Part shown: piece by piece, positions 1-13,692 of the stretch | How positions within the stretch are numbered: position 1 is the stretch's first letter | How the letters are laid out: each line of letters begins with the position of its first letter | NCBI RefSeq assembly: GCF_018977255.1 | Contig: NW_024704743.1 | Span: 106,704,001-106,768,000 of the forward strand | DNA length: 64,000 bases | Source: Callorhinchus milii | Taxonomy: Eukaryota | Direction of reading: 5' to 3' | The notes under the pieces: model-generated | What the model saw: only the letters and a program-made list of their open reading frames with translations | The model's database searches: none | Told to the model about the DNA's origin: nothing | Position numbers and translations under genes: made by a program

Positions 1-1566
1 CACATTATTTGCTTAAGGTGTAAATTAATCATACTGGAATCATTTCCTTTTACTACAGTTATCAGTTGTTTGTGAGACATTGCTGTGCACAAACTGGCTG
101 TCGGGTTTCGCCCACAAAATACAATCAATACACTTTACAGTATACACAGTATAGGTCCTATATCAATTGCAAGGATTATGATTATTTATACTGTCCATTG
201 TGCTATTAATAACAATAATAGTACATCGGGAGGAAGTCTCAATGCGCTTTAGAAGATTTTACTGTGAAGTGTGGTAACTGTGTATTTTGTAGGCAAATGT
301 TGTTAGAACAAGTGCCTGTTGTCTGGAACAGGTAATTATTTTCTGGTCCCTTTTGCTTGGCATCAAAGTTTATTTTAACTTTCTTTTTCAAAGCAGTCGC
401 ACTCTAAACCATGTTGTGACTGCATTGACACAGTCTTTGGGTAGGGTCTGACAGCAAACAGCTTCAAAATGCATGTTCAGTATTACAGGCAGAAAAGAAT
501 TCAAGTTGGAGGCAAATACACCCAGCAGTTCGGCAAAACACACTGATACAAAAATTGGTTGATTCCTTCTGAGTCCAAAATGTCAGTCTTAAATTGCAGA
601 TATGACGAGGAAAAGTACAAAGCACAAACTCCCTGCAGCACTGATTCTCAAACAGATTCCTCTCCCACAAAGCACTCTATCTAGATTGTTGAGTCAGGTT
701 TGCAGAGAAGGCTTCTTCTCTCTAAAAATATTGAGATTTGAAATGACTACAATTAGCGCTTATTTCAGCTGCTTTGTTACAATTGAACAATCCCCCCAAA
801 TAAAATTGGTCATTCGCTTCATGATTGTCTGCACATATTGGCTGCTGTGTTTGCCTACAAAATACACAAACACTATAAATTACAGAATGCACTGTGAAGT
901 ACCTTGAGACATGCTTCTAAAATAAAATAAGCTATATCAAATGCAAGTACTGTGTTATTATTATTACTTGAAATACTGAATCTGTTTGCAGACAAATAGT
1001 AATCATTTATCATTTTGTTTCACTCCGAGTATAAATGGCCCAGATAGAATGGGAATATGGGTGGATCAGGAATTAATCCTTCAGATGTTAGCTATCTGTG
1101 TCTTTCAGCTTGAGTTATCATCTTCTTGTGCCTGAAAACAATTTTCTGGCAAAGTGAAGCATGATTATATTCTTGTGACAGCCACACTAAATGAAATTCT
1201 CATTCTTTCACCTCTGACTGGTGAAAATAATGACCTTCTTCACTAGATTTCCTGCTGAGAAAAGGGAAATGTAATAGACTATTGCTTTCATGGCTCTAGG
1301 ATTCTGTGTAACATTTCCAGACTGCCCTTTGATATTCAGTCTTATGGATTAAAAGGGCCTATAAATAATCACTCACAAAATATTATTAGCCAGTGCTTAT
1401 AATGTAAAGTTTCTAAAATAACTTCTATTTTTGAAATTGACATTTTTTGAAATTCAGGAGATATTGAAAATGATGATATTTTCGAGCCTGATTTTCTCTC
1501 TTTTAATAATTGAGCCGTGTTTCATTATCTTTTTTAATAATTGCAAAACAGCTTCATTCTATGTAC

Positions 1567-2038
1567 AATAATTGTAATCCTTGCATTTGATATAGTGCTT
1601 TTCATGTCTTCCAGACGTCTCAAAGCGCTTCACAGAATATACTGCAAAGTGAATTGGCTGTATATTTTGTGGGCGAAACACGGCAGCCAATTGCACACAG
1701 CAGTGTCCCACACACAGTTGTGGATTGAGTGACCAAATTATTATTGTTTTTTTCTTGCGGGATTATTATCAGGTGTGTGGAATAAGACCATAAGACCATA
1801 AAATCATAAGGTGTAGGAGCAGGTGTAGGCCATTCGGCCCCTTGAGCCTGCCCCACCATTTAATAAGATCGTGGCTGATCTTCTAACCTCATTCCATTTA
1901 CCTGCCCTATCCCCATATCCCTTAATCCCTCTATCCTTTAGAGTAAGGAAACTTGCCCAAGGTTTCACCCTGCCGGGAATTGAACCTAGGTCTCTCGCTT
2001 GAGAGGCGAGTGCTTTAACCACTGAACTACAGGACTCC
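1567..2038 (-). mobile_element. tRNA Deu-SINE interrupted by a CR1 3' end (1787-1940)
   Basis: The SINE sequence GTGTGG|AGTAAGGAAACTTGCCCAAGG is split by a CR1 3' UTR that matches the reverse complement of 37950-38088. Confidence 0.9.
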
Positions 2039-2109
2039 TGATGCAAAATGTTATTATTATTAACATCAACGCCAGTAAGAAATTATTTGGAGGTATTACA
2101 CAATCAGTG

Positions 2110-2495
2110 TCAACCTGGCTCAGTTTGTAGCACTCTCACCTCTGAGTTGTGGGTTCAAGTCCTTTGTCGGGACCTGGAACTCATAGTTTGCTGAAACTCA
2201 AGTGCAATGTGGGGGCGTGCTGCACTGTTGAAGATTCTGTCCCTTGAATGAGACATTAAAGATCCCATGGCACCGTTCGAAAGAGAAGAGAGTTTCACCT
2301 AGTGTCCTGGCCAAAATTCCCCAAATAGAATGGGTGACTCACTCAATGGTTGTTTTTGAGACATTGCTGTGAGCAATGTGGTTGCTACCTTCATTCACAA
2401 AATACAGTCATTCCACTTCACAGTATATCCTCTGAAGTGATGTTGGGTATCCTCCTGATGTGAAAGGTACAATACAAAATTGCAAGTATTATACT
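2110..2495 (+). mobile_element. Older SacSINE1-like Deu-SINE
   Basis: A different tRNA head (GGCTCAGTTTGTAGCACTCTCACCTCTGAG...GGGTTCAAGTCC), a longer body with AAAGATCCCATGGCAC, a Deu-like core and an L2-type tail. Related degenerate copies lie at about 22060-22440(-), 24880-25065(+) and 61800-62015(-). Confidence 0.75.
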
Positions 2496-5400
2496 TATAT
2501 ATAAAGATCATAAGAAAAGTTCAGATAAAGAAAGCTCTTTGTCCTGAATACACCTCCTATTGAACTCCCATCACAGCATCAAGCTGTTTTTTAATCAGTC
2601 CAGTGTCCTGGCCTAAAGCATGCTTCCATAGAAACTAGAGCACAGAAGGAGCCATTTGGCCCATCATGTTTATGTTGGCTCTTTTGAGAGTAATCCTATC
2701 AGTCCCATTTATCTGCCCATTCCCCATCCCATTGGCAATCTGCTCCAATTGTTAATTAGCCTCTGGGTAAACATCTACAAAGGGCTACTTCACTTGGAGT
2801 TAAAAAAAAGCACCATGGCATGATCACATAGGTAGAAACTCCGCAATATATTAATGAAAGGTCGGCAGCCACTGAAAAGTTATTTTTCTTAGAGCTAAAT
2901 GTGGTTTCTATTGAAGCCCATTTTGAATAATGAGCTAATGTCTTCCTCTATACAACAAATACATAGTCATAGGACTTTTTTATAGCTCTTTGTTCAATGT
3001 CCAATAAAACCAGTGTGATTCACAGGACTATTATAATTCATCATTAATGATGGTGTTGCAAACAAAGAGGAGTTCTGGGATTTGTACGACATCATTTTTA
3101 TAATGATTGAAGTATATCAGGTAATACAGTTTGAAGACAAATGACAGAAATAGACATGACATGTTATTGATTATTTTGACGAATATCTGGAAGTAAATCT
3201 TGAGATGGGCTTTGAAAATGGGGTGGGAAGGATGAGCCAGAGAGACTCAGGGATGGAGTTCCAGAAAACAGGAGCAAAACGAGGATCGTTAAATAAATAC
3301 CTAACTTGCAAAACATTTGCCACCCTGAACTCACAGTACAGGGCGGCAAACGTATGGAATTAGCAGAGCATTAAGTAAAATGGCATTGTGCAAGCTGTCT
3401 GCATTTGCTATTAATGCAGACTCACAATGGGCATCTTGGTAATCCAGAGCGAGGAGCTGTGCATTGTGCTTATATTTTGTCATGAGTGTGGCACTTGCTT
3501 CGGGGGACAGTGATAAATTGAGGACTGACAAATGCATCAGAAGATCCAAACACCAGCATTCATTTTTAATCAGATCCAGGCACTGAGTAAAAAAGATTAC
3601 ATTGGATTAGACAGAGGAATATTTAAATCTGTCAGCACTAATAACCAATAAATTGATGCGAATAACTTTTACCTGAACAACTACAGATAAGTAAATCTAC
3701 ATAAATAATAAAAGGCAAGTAGATCTACGTAAATAATACTTCCACAGAGTACGGATGAGTTTCTCCAAAGCATTCAAAACATATGAATGTGCTATGACAG
3801 TAGAGTTACATTTTTCATTGCATGTTAAAGGGCAAATGTGCATGTTTTCAAAATAAACAGTTACCCTTGATTAATTATGTCAATGGGAAAAATCCATTTT
3901 GCACACAAAAAATAATATTTATATTTGTTGTTTACATACTTTACACTTATTCCAAATTATGTAACATCTTGGCCTAACTTGGGTGATTTCCACAAACCAG
4001 TCAATAGTTTATGCATGGGATTCACAAACACATCTCTCCAAAGTGTTCGTTTTTTCACAATAGTTTGTTTTGTACCTTAGCTGTAACAAGGGTTAAGTAA
4101 CTTACAGGCTTGATCTGTTTTCAGCAGAGATTTTGAATAGCCTGATGGAGAACATCTGATCAGTAAGCGATGGTAAGCTAAAAAGAATAATTTGGAAGGG
4201 GAATTTCCACAGTCCTTCAGATGCAATTTCCAAACAGAGACTGAATTTGAGATTTTTCTAAAATTCTGCATGATCTTAAATGTTAAGATCATGTTGTTAG
4301 GGCTAAGCTTGTGAGGTATTCAATGCCTCAGTTGGTTATTATTCATGTGTGCTCCTAGCAGTGAGCATTGGCAACCCTCTTGTAATGCAGTGTCTCAGAT
4401 CCAAAACAATTAGACCCTCGGTTGCAACGATTCTGGGAAAAAATGGCTTCTAGTCCAACTTCTGAGTTATCGATCATACTGATGTCACTTCCAGTTCCTG
4501 GCACTTAACAGCTGTCTTACTGCATATGTACACATCTGGAATAAGCTGGTACCAGAAGTCGGAAGTGTATTGTACTTCCAATAGTCACTGCAATGCTACA
4601 TGGTAAGCAAACAGGCACTTCAGTAAATCGTCTGGAATTTGACGATAAGGAGAATTACAGCCAATGGCAAATAATTGTCACCCAATGGAGACACACAAGC
4701 AGGGAACACTGAATAGTGATCAGCAGCTAACATGACTGATATCACTGGAGAAATCACAGGGATAATGAGGTCAGATGGATAGTTCGACCATCACCCTGAC
4801 TCAGGACAGATAATTATTGGCCGGGGAGCTCAATAACACCCTATGAATTTCTTTTATCAACTGAGCGTTTAGGAATGCTAGCATCAAGCAGATCATAAGA
4901 TTAGTTTGGATGAAGAAGGCCCTTCAGCCCATCTGATCTCATCCTTCCAGAATATCCACCTGCCATCTTCCCAACACAGCATCAAACCTTGGCCTCAGCC
5001 ACGCTTCCTGACAACCTGTTCTCGTCGTTATTATTTAGGTAAAGAATACCTAAAAGAAAAATGTTTCTCTTTCACTTGTTGAAGTAGCATTAATAAAGAT
5101 AAGTGAATGAGAAATGAAAATGGTCAATTTCACAATTCTGATACTCAACTGTTTAAAATGAGATCAGGTTAACCTTTAATTTTAAATAGACTATTTTATT
5201 GAGCAGTTCTGATATGGAAATATATAGACATTCAGACAGGTTGCTACTGGTGCTCACCCAGAGTCTTGGGCTATTATATTCGTAGAAGAAAAATAATGTG
5301 GCCATTTTACAAAATGACTCTAAAAGCAGTCATTGTTTCGAGATTCTTGTTTTATTGTAAGGCTTTGGACAAACTAGTTAGTGCAATATCAGCTAAATAA

Positions 5401-7092
5401 TGTGAAAAGAATATTTGATAATACTGTAAAACAGCAAACAGTACCACAGTCATGCAGTGTTAAATATGCACACTAATGTGCAGAATTGCGTTCCACTTGT
5501 TGTATTAAATGGAGTGAACATAATAAAGGAAACCGGCAATGTGCAAACACCAAGCTCTGACAGCATAATCAGGCAATATGTCCCAGAATCACTGACAGTT
5601 ATTATCAGGTGAACATGTACATCAACACATTAGGAGCAGTCTTGCAACTCAAACAATTTTCCTGGGGCAATTAGGAAAAATCTAAAATGTTACCATGGTG
5701 TTGATAACACACGCAAACAGCAGGTTTAGTTCACATTTCAAGTGTGTATTCTCATAATGTACGCACATAGCGTGCATGCTTTCCTTTAAAGTAGAACTCA
5801 ATCATAATTAATAACCCAAGTGAAGCCTTAGGCATAGGTTTTCTGGCCAACTGTCCAGCGATAATGTCTATAGAGATTGTAAACAGACTAGGATTTTTTT
5901 GATGACTAGGACGATTCCACTTTCAGATGTGATGATTTGAGTGTGGAAGAGACGTCTCTTGCTGAGACAAGAGAGTCCTTCTTACAAGGACAACTTTCGC
6001 AGCCACAAAAACTGGCCAGCCAAAGACTTAGTGGGTGTATCATGTCATAAAGCATAAGCCCATATAAACCTAAATGTAATTTCTTCTTCTTCTGAATCAG
6101 CCGGGTTAACTGTATTACGAGCAGTCTTGTACGCACTCAAAGATTCTGTTCCAACTTGCTATCCAGTGCAGCACAGAGCTACTGTGCCCCCTTAATCAGA
6201 TACTTATCCAGTTCTTGTCTTAAAAGATATCAGTAATACAGCATCAACTGATTTTGTTCGAAATCTGTTCCATATATCCACTACTCCATGGAAAAAACAT
6301 TATAAGATAAATAGTTTGCTTTCTTCTATATTCCCATTGTTATTTTACATTGATCTGAGTAAGTTGTATAATGTAAATCATACCCTCTCCTGATCCTTTG
6401 TCAAATTAAAATTCACCATGAGTATCTTCACATTACTTTGAACTCTAAATCCTGAAATCATTCTTTTTACTGTTTTCTGAATGCTTTCAATGCTCTTTTA
6501 AAGGTACGATACAACAAAGACAGATGTACTCATTCTCGTTATATTATTTCTCTGTCCAGATGGTTGGTTGAGCATTGCTATTTACTATTGGTTCCTGTTG
6601 ATGTTACATTTCAAGTTAATGTGAGACACTCGGTGATTTGTGTGAATGATCACAATTAGTATTAATCTTTAATGTGTATGTGAAACTGACTGTCCTGGAA
6701 TAATAATAATAATAATCCTTGCATTTGTGCTATGTCCTTCAGTGTTCATTGTTCACAAGGCAAACCCCAACCTGTCTAAAAGCTTATTAAGTGATCAAGA
6801 TAGTATTTACAAAAGTGAGATTAAACAAATCCAAAATAATTGTAAGAATTGCTTTTGTACATTAGAGGTAGTGTTTGATATATTTAATTTAATAGTTGCC
6901 TGGAAATAAACTCCTTCCTGCTCCACATGCACTTGCTGGCAAGATAATGTTATACAGTATTGTGTATAGAATCTGGACTGACATCTGTTTTGTTAAATGT
7001 TGGTTTGCTGCCACTTTGAGGTTTTGTTACAAACTACAGGAAGCATTCATACAGGACCAAACATGCTACTGTTGTAACTTACTGTGTGTCTG

Positions 7093-7183
7093 AAATCCAG
7101 GAATTTTGAAATGCATTCCAGAATAGAAAAACGTGTCGGTACACGCTTTTCTATTCTGGAATGCATTTTAAAATCCTGGATTT
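7093..7183. repeat. Near-perfect inverted repeat (43-44 bp arms, 4 nt loop), MITE-like
   Basis: AAATCCAGGAATTTTGAAATGCATTCCAGAATAGAAAAACGTGT-CGGT-ACACGCTTTTCTATTCTGGAATGCATTTTAAAATCCTGGATTT. Confidence 0.9.
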
Positions 7184-10100
7184 TTAATCAATCCATGTAA
7201 CTGGTCAACATTTCCCCCCAAACAAATCGGCTGCCATGTTTGCCAACATATAAGTCAATACACTTTATAGTAAAATCTTGTGAAGCGCTTAGACATCTCA
7301 TATTTCGCCCACAAAATATAGTCAATTCACTTTAAAGTATATTCTATATAATTTATAGATGTCTCAACGACATGATAAGGGCTATATAGGTGACGCCGCC
7401 TGGTGTGGAGGGTGCTATATTAATGCAAGTGGTTGTTGTTGTTATATCAAATGCAAGGATTATAATCATCATCACCTGGAAACTCCACCATTGTTATGGA
7501 TGTAAATAGGAATGTGGACATATATTGATAAGTACAAATGTATACATATGATCTATACAAATGCATACATGTCTATGCATGAACAGATATTGCTGATGTA
7601 CAATATTAAGCGGTCTGAGAACCTACCCTGCGTGGATGGCACTATACAAGTGCAAGTTGTTGTATTAAGATACCTGAATTGCAAACTACATACATTCAGA
7701 GAAGTTATTGCAATAAATTCAGCCAGAAAATGCTGTAGTTGACACCAGAAGCATGTTGATTTTGTTTTGGTCATCTGGGTGCCTGGCACAAGCCTACTAC
7801 CGTGCTTCAGAGCATCCAAACCAGGCCAAAAGAGTTTTTATTCTAGAGTTTTTCTTGAAATCCTAATAAACATGCTAGGACATTCTTGTCTTTTTGCTGA
7901 TAGTGCCATCTCATGGCAATAAATAGTCAGTTCAGTTGCTTTGAAGATGCTATTTTGCTTGAAAATATTGCAAAGTTTAGGGGGAGTGGGAATTCCAGAA
8001 TATATATCATAACTTTACTTATAATAAACATGGTGAGGAAAATGGCACCCTGGCTTAACAGGTAAGTTGTAAACTCCGTTCATGGCACTCCAAAGTCTTG
8101 AGATATTATTCTATGTGAAGGATGCTATACAAATGTAAGTTGTTTTTGAGTTATCACATTCTCCTTTCCTAAATTGCCTACTGTAAATAGCTATCTCTGA
8201 TAAATATCAGGACAAGGGTATTTCAGCTCACAGCTCAAGATTGAAATCAAGCACTTTTGCAACAGATAACATAAAGTTATTTTATTCACTACTAGTTAAC
8301 TGGAAGTTGTAAGTGTTAAACATAAACATACAACATAGCATACACCTGAGCTAAAACTTAAATCAGAAGTCCAGAGTTTCACTTGGGGAGTTAAAATCAA
8401 CGTATTTAAGAGGAAACAATGTATAAATGAGAAGAGAATTGAGAGCTAACCTTATCGCTAGGGAAGGGAATAAGAGGGGCAGAGTGAATGAGGGTATAAA
8501 CATTGGGGTGGATTAGATCAGCCAAATAGTCTGTTTTTGCACTGTAGCATCGTTCATACACAATCTATGTAATTCTAATATGTTTTACGTCAGCACTTTA
8601 AAAAGCGTGTAAGCAATATGATCATTTATTGGGCTTTTTAAAATCTTGACCTTATCAGGGCCATCTCTCATCGCAGTTTCCATGGTCTCTTAGGTCATCG
8701 GTCACCTTGACTAGAGTTGCATCGTCATACTTTGGGTGTTCAGTTATCAGTTGACAAGTAATTTAATTTTTGAGAGTTGTTGTTTGCGTTTGAGAGCCTT
8801 CAAACTTGCTTTCCTTTTAGCAAAAATGCTGAAGGGAGAATTTTGCTGGTCTCTACCTTTCTCTGGATAGATTCCACTCGTAATTAGAATCCAGACTCAA
8901 ATCAATACTCCATCAGCATTTTTAATCTGCCATCTCTCTGTCCATTTATTGAATTTTTCTCCTGCAGACTCTTCCCCCATTAATTTACCTGTTTTCTAGA
9001 TTGTTAGTGGAAATGGAACGAGATATTCATTTACATTTCAATCAGCTGCCACCCTTTGTAATCAGCAGCTGACTTTTCTTCTTGATTTAAGCAATTTGTT
9101 TTTGGCCTTGTTTTGCTTTTACTTTCATATCTGTTAGTATTAAAATGATTTCTTATAACTCTAATCAGCTGGTAGCACAAAGGCTTTTTTGGGTGTTACC
9201 TGTAGGTCTTTGCAATTTGGGATCTTGACCAAAATTAACCTCTTCTATACAATCCTTGCATTTGATATGGAACCTTATCACGTTATCGAGACCTCTCAAA
9301 GATGTGTGGATATACTGTACTGTTGAATGGTTTGTCTTTATTTTGTGGGTGAAACGTGGCAGTCAGTTTGCACATAGCAATGTCCCACAACCAGCCATGG
9401 CGTGAGTGACCAATTTTAATTGGGAGATTGTTGACCAGAACACTGGGAGAAACTCCCTTCTGTTTACCAGAAATGAAGCAAAACTTAAAAGATTAAGATC
9501 ATCTCACTCGTTTAAAATTCAGTTGAATAAAACAGGGAAATACCAATGCAATGAATGTGTAACACTGGCTCAGAATTAAACAGGTACCACTTTCACTGTT
9601 CATTCAGTTCATTGATCAAGCTCGTTTTTGATCAAGTTGGTTCATTTTGCACACGCGCATCATTTTGTTTGAATATCTTATGCTGAAAACAGAGAACTTT
9701 GCATGGATAATGTAAAGATTATTCGTGTATTCCAAAATATTTTAAGAATAACTTGCTAGACATGGTGATGTTTCTTTGATTTTAATTAAAATTGACCCTG
9801 AAATATTATTGCCTTTTCCACCATTTATAATAATGCAATTCACAATACAGCAAAAACAACGATGTAAAAAAGCATTTTTAAGAGTTACACAGAACCCTTT
9901 TGAATTAAATCACATTAAAAACTGCACAAACTATCAGATTCCAGTTAAAATTGAACTTTCAAATAACATATTTTATTTGGCACATCAAACAGATTGTGAA
10001 GCACAAATGCAAAACTTATACAAACTTTAAACAATCCATTATTGGTTATTTGTTAAAAATGCAATTTTGCCTTGTACAAAATTTGTAAGTTGACTAACAT

Positions 10101-13100
10101 TGAAAATACCATTTTCACAGGTTCTATGTTTCGTTTGTTTTAAGCTTCATCTAAAACTAACTTTACATCACTTTCTGATTCTGCAGAGACAAGCAATAAA
10201 TCTACTCACAGTGAAAGTTGAATTTTCTGATTGCTGTGCATCAAAACTGGTTGCATATATTTTTATTAGTGATAGATATTTTTTTAAAAAGTTCAACAAT
10301 GCAGCAACCAGCATTCATAAATGTTTTCCATTTAGTTAGTAATTTAATTAAAGTAGCTGTACAAAATAAAAGTAACTTGTGGGCTCAACAAATTTTGTAT
10401 GATTGCAGATTAGAACCAAAATGCGTATTTTAATAAGTTAGGTCTTTATCCATAAACATTGCATTAAAATTGCACTCACAGAAATAACAACATTAAGTAG
10501 TTTGTGTCAGGATACTACCTCCCGAGCAACACCCCCCGCCCCCCCCAATGTGTACGATTGTAAATAGCTCCAACCACATTTATTTTCACAACCAAAACCT
10601 TATTTTGCTTATCTTAAACCAAGTCAAAAATCCACCAGCAGGACACCAATTTGCATCCCCAACAAAAGCATTAGTTCACACCGCAAATCCAAATGTTCAA
10701 TATCCTTTAAAATGTATATATCAGGAATTTCAAAACATAGTCTTGTGTACAATTGATTAAATTCCACATTCACCTTAGTTCAGGTGGCCTCCTGCTCGCA
10801 GTCCATTTGTCTTCCAAAACATTTCCAGAGATTTATTGTTTTGGTGCTTATTCCTTAGGAGTCTAATTTTAACTTTGTGTTTAACACATTTAAAATATGC
10901 AGAAACTTGAAAGTGAGTTTCTCAATCAGACGAGCTGTGAGTTGTATGCAGGAAGCCATGATTGAATTCAGGAAATACTTTTATTTTGTACAGGACCTGA
11001 GGCCTCACAGATATGTGCCGCTTGTGGTTCCATTATGTTACAGTAATAAAACAGGTCTCATTTGATAAACTACAGGTAATTGGGCTCCATCAAGATGATC
11101 TGCGTTCAAACAAATCTAGTTCGGGAAAGATTTGAGCATCTGTTTGGTTAAATGGGCAACTTTGTTTCATATTGTTTCCTACCCTGGTTAACAACCCAAA
11201 AATAGTACACAGGGTAACTCCAAAAATGCAGTAGGTGGTCAGTGTTTCAGATATCAGCTTCCTTGAAAAATGCATCCACTTTCATGAACCTAAATGGTCT
11301 CATCTGCTTACAGTGTGTACAAGAGAATGATAGTCACAAAGTCAAGTTGGCATTGTATTCCCAGTTTACTGTACATAAAGAAAGAAATCTTGCAGGAAGT
11401 TGGATGGAGAGGCTGGATGGACCAATGGTCTGGTCTACTCTGGTCAGAAGCTGTTATCGCTGTACTATATACAGAGAATGACATGAAATGCCCTGGAGTG
11501 AAGTCACAGCTTCAATAACTCAAGGACAGTTCTCCAGCAACAATTGTCTTTCATTTCTCCGCACAGCTGAACACCCACACATTTAGATACTCAGGGCTAT
11601 GTATTAAGTAAAACACATTAAAGAGAGCACAAAATCAATCCAGAAGATAACATTTCTCTCTCATATTTTGAAGCACAAAATAATTTAAATGTTATGTTTT
11701 AGTATATGAGACACACCACGTACATTTGAACAACAGGAATGACTAAAAATGGTACACACTACATAAAACAAACATTTCCAGTTACATTTTCTTGAACAAA
11801 CTGATGTCTAAAATATATTTCAAATACTTGTTTACCGATGTTTAAAATGCATTCAACTATAATAAAATAAGAATCTTATATACTTGCACTAATACTGGAT
11901 AAGACTTGAGATTTAAAAATGTAAAAGCTTGTATCAAGAGTGACATATATTTGTGATTTTACAAACAACTTATGGTAAAGTTCATTCAAAACACAGAAAA
12001 CCTAATCACTATTCATGCTATTCTCTGCAGTAAAACCCTCTTAATGGGTTGAAAGTAGCAATTTTAAAGATGATGTATACTTATTTAAAAAAAGTATTAC
12101 AACAAACTTCCACTACTGTTTCATTGGAATAGTGACACAATGTTTATGCTAGTATTTCAAATGATGTATTTCTGAAATTCAAAACAATGATTATATACGA
12201 TACATTTAAATACAGGACCAAAACATTATAAGTAGTGTAAATTATAGCAGAGAAACAAATTGCAAAAAAGATTCAAAATGTACTTGTTTAAGAACAAAGC
12301 TTTTTTTAAAATACAATATTTGAAGGTTTATGCTGCCTTTATTCATATCCTTTGATCCTCTTTATTTATCTGCTTGGAGTGTGTTCCTACAGCCTGCTGT
12401 CAATGCAATTTCCCCTGTCATTTAGAGTTGCCAATCACAGCTTTTGGTTCACGTCTAAAATTAAACTTAAAATGTGAGCACATCAGCGTTAACTGAGCAG
12501 ATCAGAACTCAATACGGAATTTCTCTCTTTTACATGGCAATGAACATTATCATAATAGTGGCATGACAGCTTAATTTAAAAAATACAATATACGGTCTAC
12601 CTTACTACATTTGTTTTGGAACAGAGATGTCTATTGTTGAGGGAGCACTTATTTCCAGATCAACTCAAGTGATGGAATAACAACATAATTAGCTTCTCCC
12701 TCTCTGACTCAAATCAATTTATGCAGTGAGCCACAGAGCCAAACACAGACTGAGAAGAAACCAGGTGCAATCCCTGATATGTACTGATCTCAGCGAAAGA
12801 ATTAGAGAAAGCTACAATAGAATATGGTGAAACTGGCAGCTCATGTGTTGTATAAAATACCAGCAGGGACCAGTTTGGCTGCCTGTCAGCAGTTGGGTTG
12901 CCTGGCCTGTTTCTGTGCTGTACACACTATATTTTTCTGTAAAAGTGATATTGGCAGCATTAAAGTGGACTTCAAATGCCCCAGGTTAGGCTATCACTCT
13001 CCTGATCACTGTCCAGTGAATGTTGCAGGAAAGCATGCATGTGTAGATATTGGGCAAGGCAATGCTCTCATTTAGCCACAATTACCCTCTATTTCCCCCT

Positions 13101-13429
13101 TCCTTCCCCCATGATTGAATAACCTGCAAATACACAGGAAGGGTGGCCACTTTGATTGGTTACCAGAGAACTACCAATGAGTAAACACATAATAAGCATA
13201 ATGATTTTAGGATCATCTAACTGGCTTCTCAACCAACCAGAGTAAGGTTATAAACTGGGAACAAACAACAGCGTCAAAAAATTATTTTTAAGAAATGGAT
13301 GCAAATTATCCCTTTAATGCAATGCAAGATACCCAAATATGAATGGATAGATTTTACAACAAACTTTTGCTCCCCATATTTCAACCATAAACCCAGTTTG
13401 GTTTAGAAACATCAAAATCTGAACAAATC

Positions 13430-13692
13430 TGTATAAACAATACTTTAGTGAGCAAGTACTAAACTTATGGAACACAGGCTCCCTAGGGAGACGGTGGAAG
13501 CAGAAAGTGTTGTTTGTTTCAAGAACAAATTAGATAGAACATTTCAGGATACAATATATAGTTTGGGACATGACATGTCAAGCGACTGCCAGAATGGTGG
13601 AAGGCGAACGAGATGGACCTTGGTCTTTTTGTCGCCTAGCAAATTCTCATGCCCTTCTCATGTGTCAATAAATTCTCATGTGTCAATAAATG
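13430..13692 (+). mobile_element. CR1-like 3' end (second family; another copy at 35693-35795)
   Basis: TGGAACACAGGCTCCCTAGGGAGACGGTGGAAGCAG...ACATGTCAAGCGACTGCCAGAATGGTGGAAGGC; the latter block recurs almost identically at 35712-35745. Confidence 0.75.
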
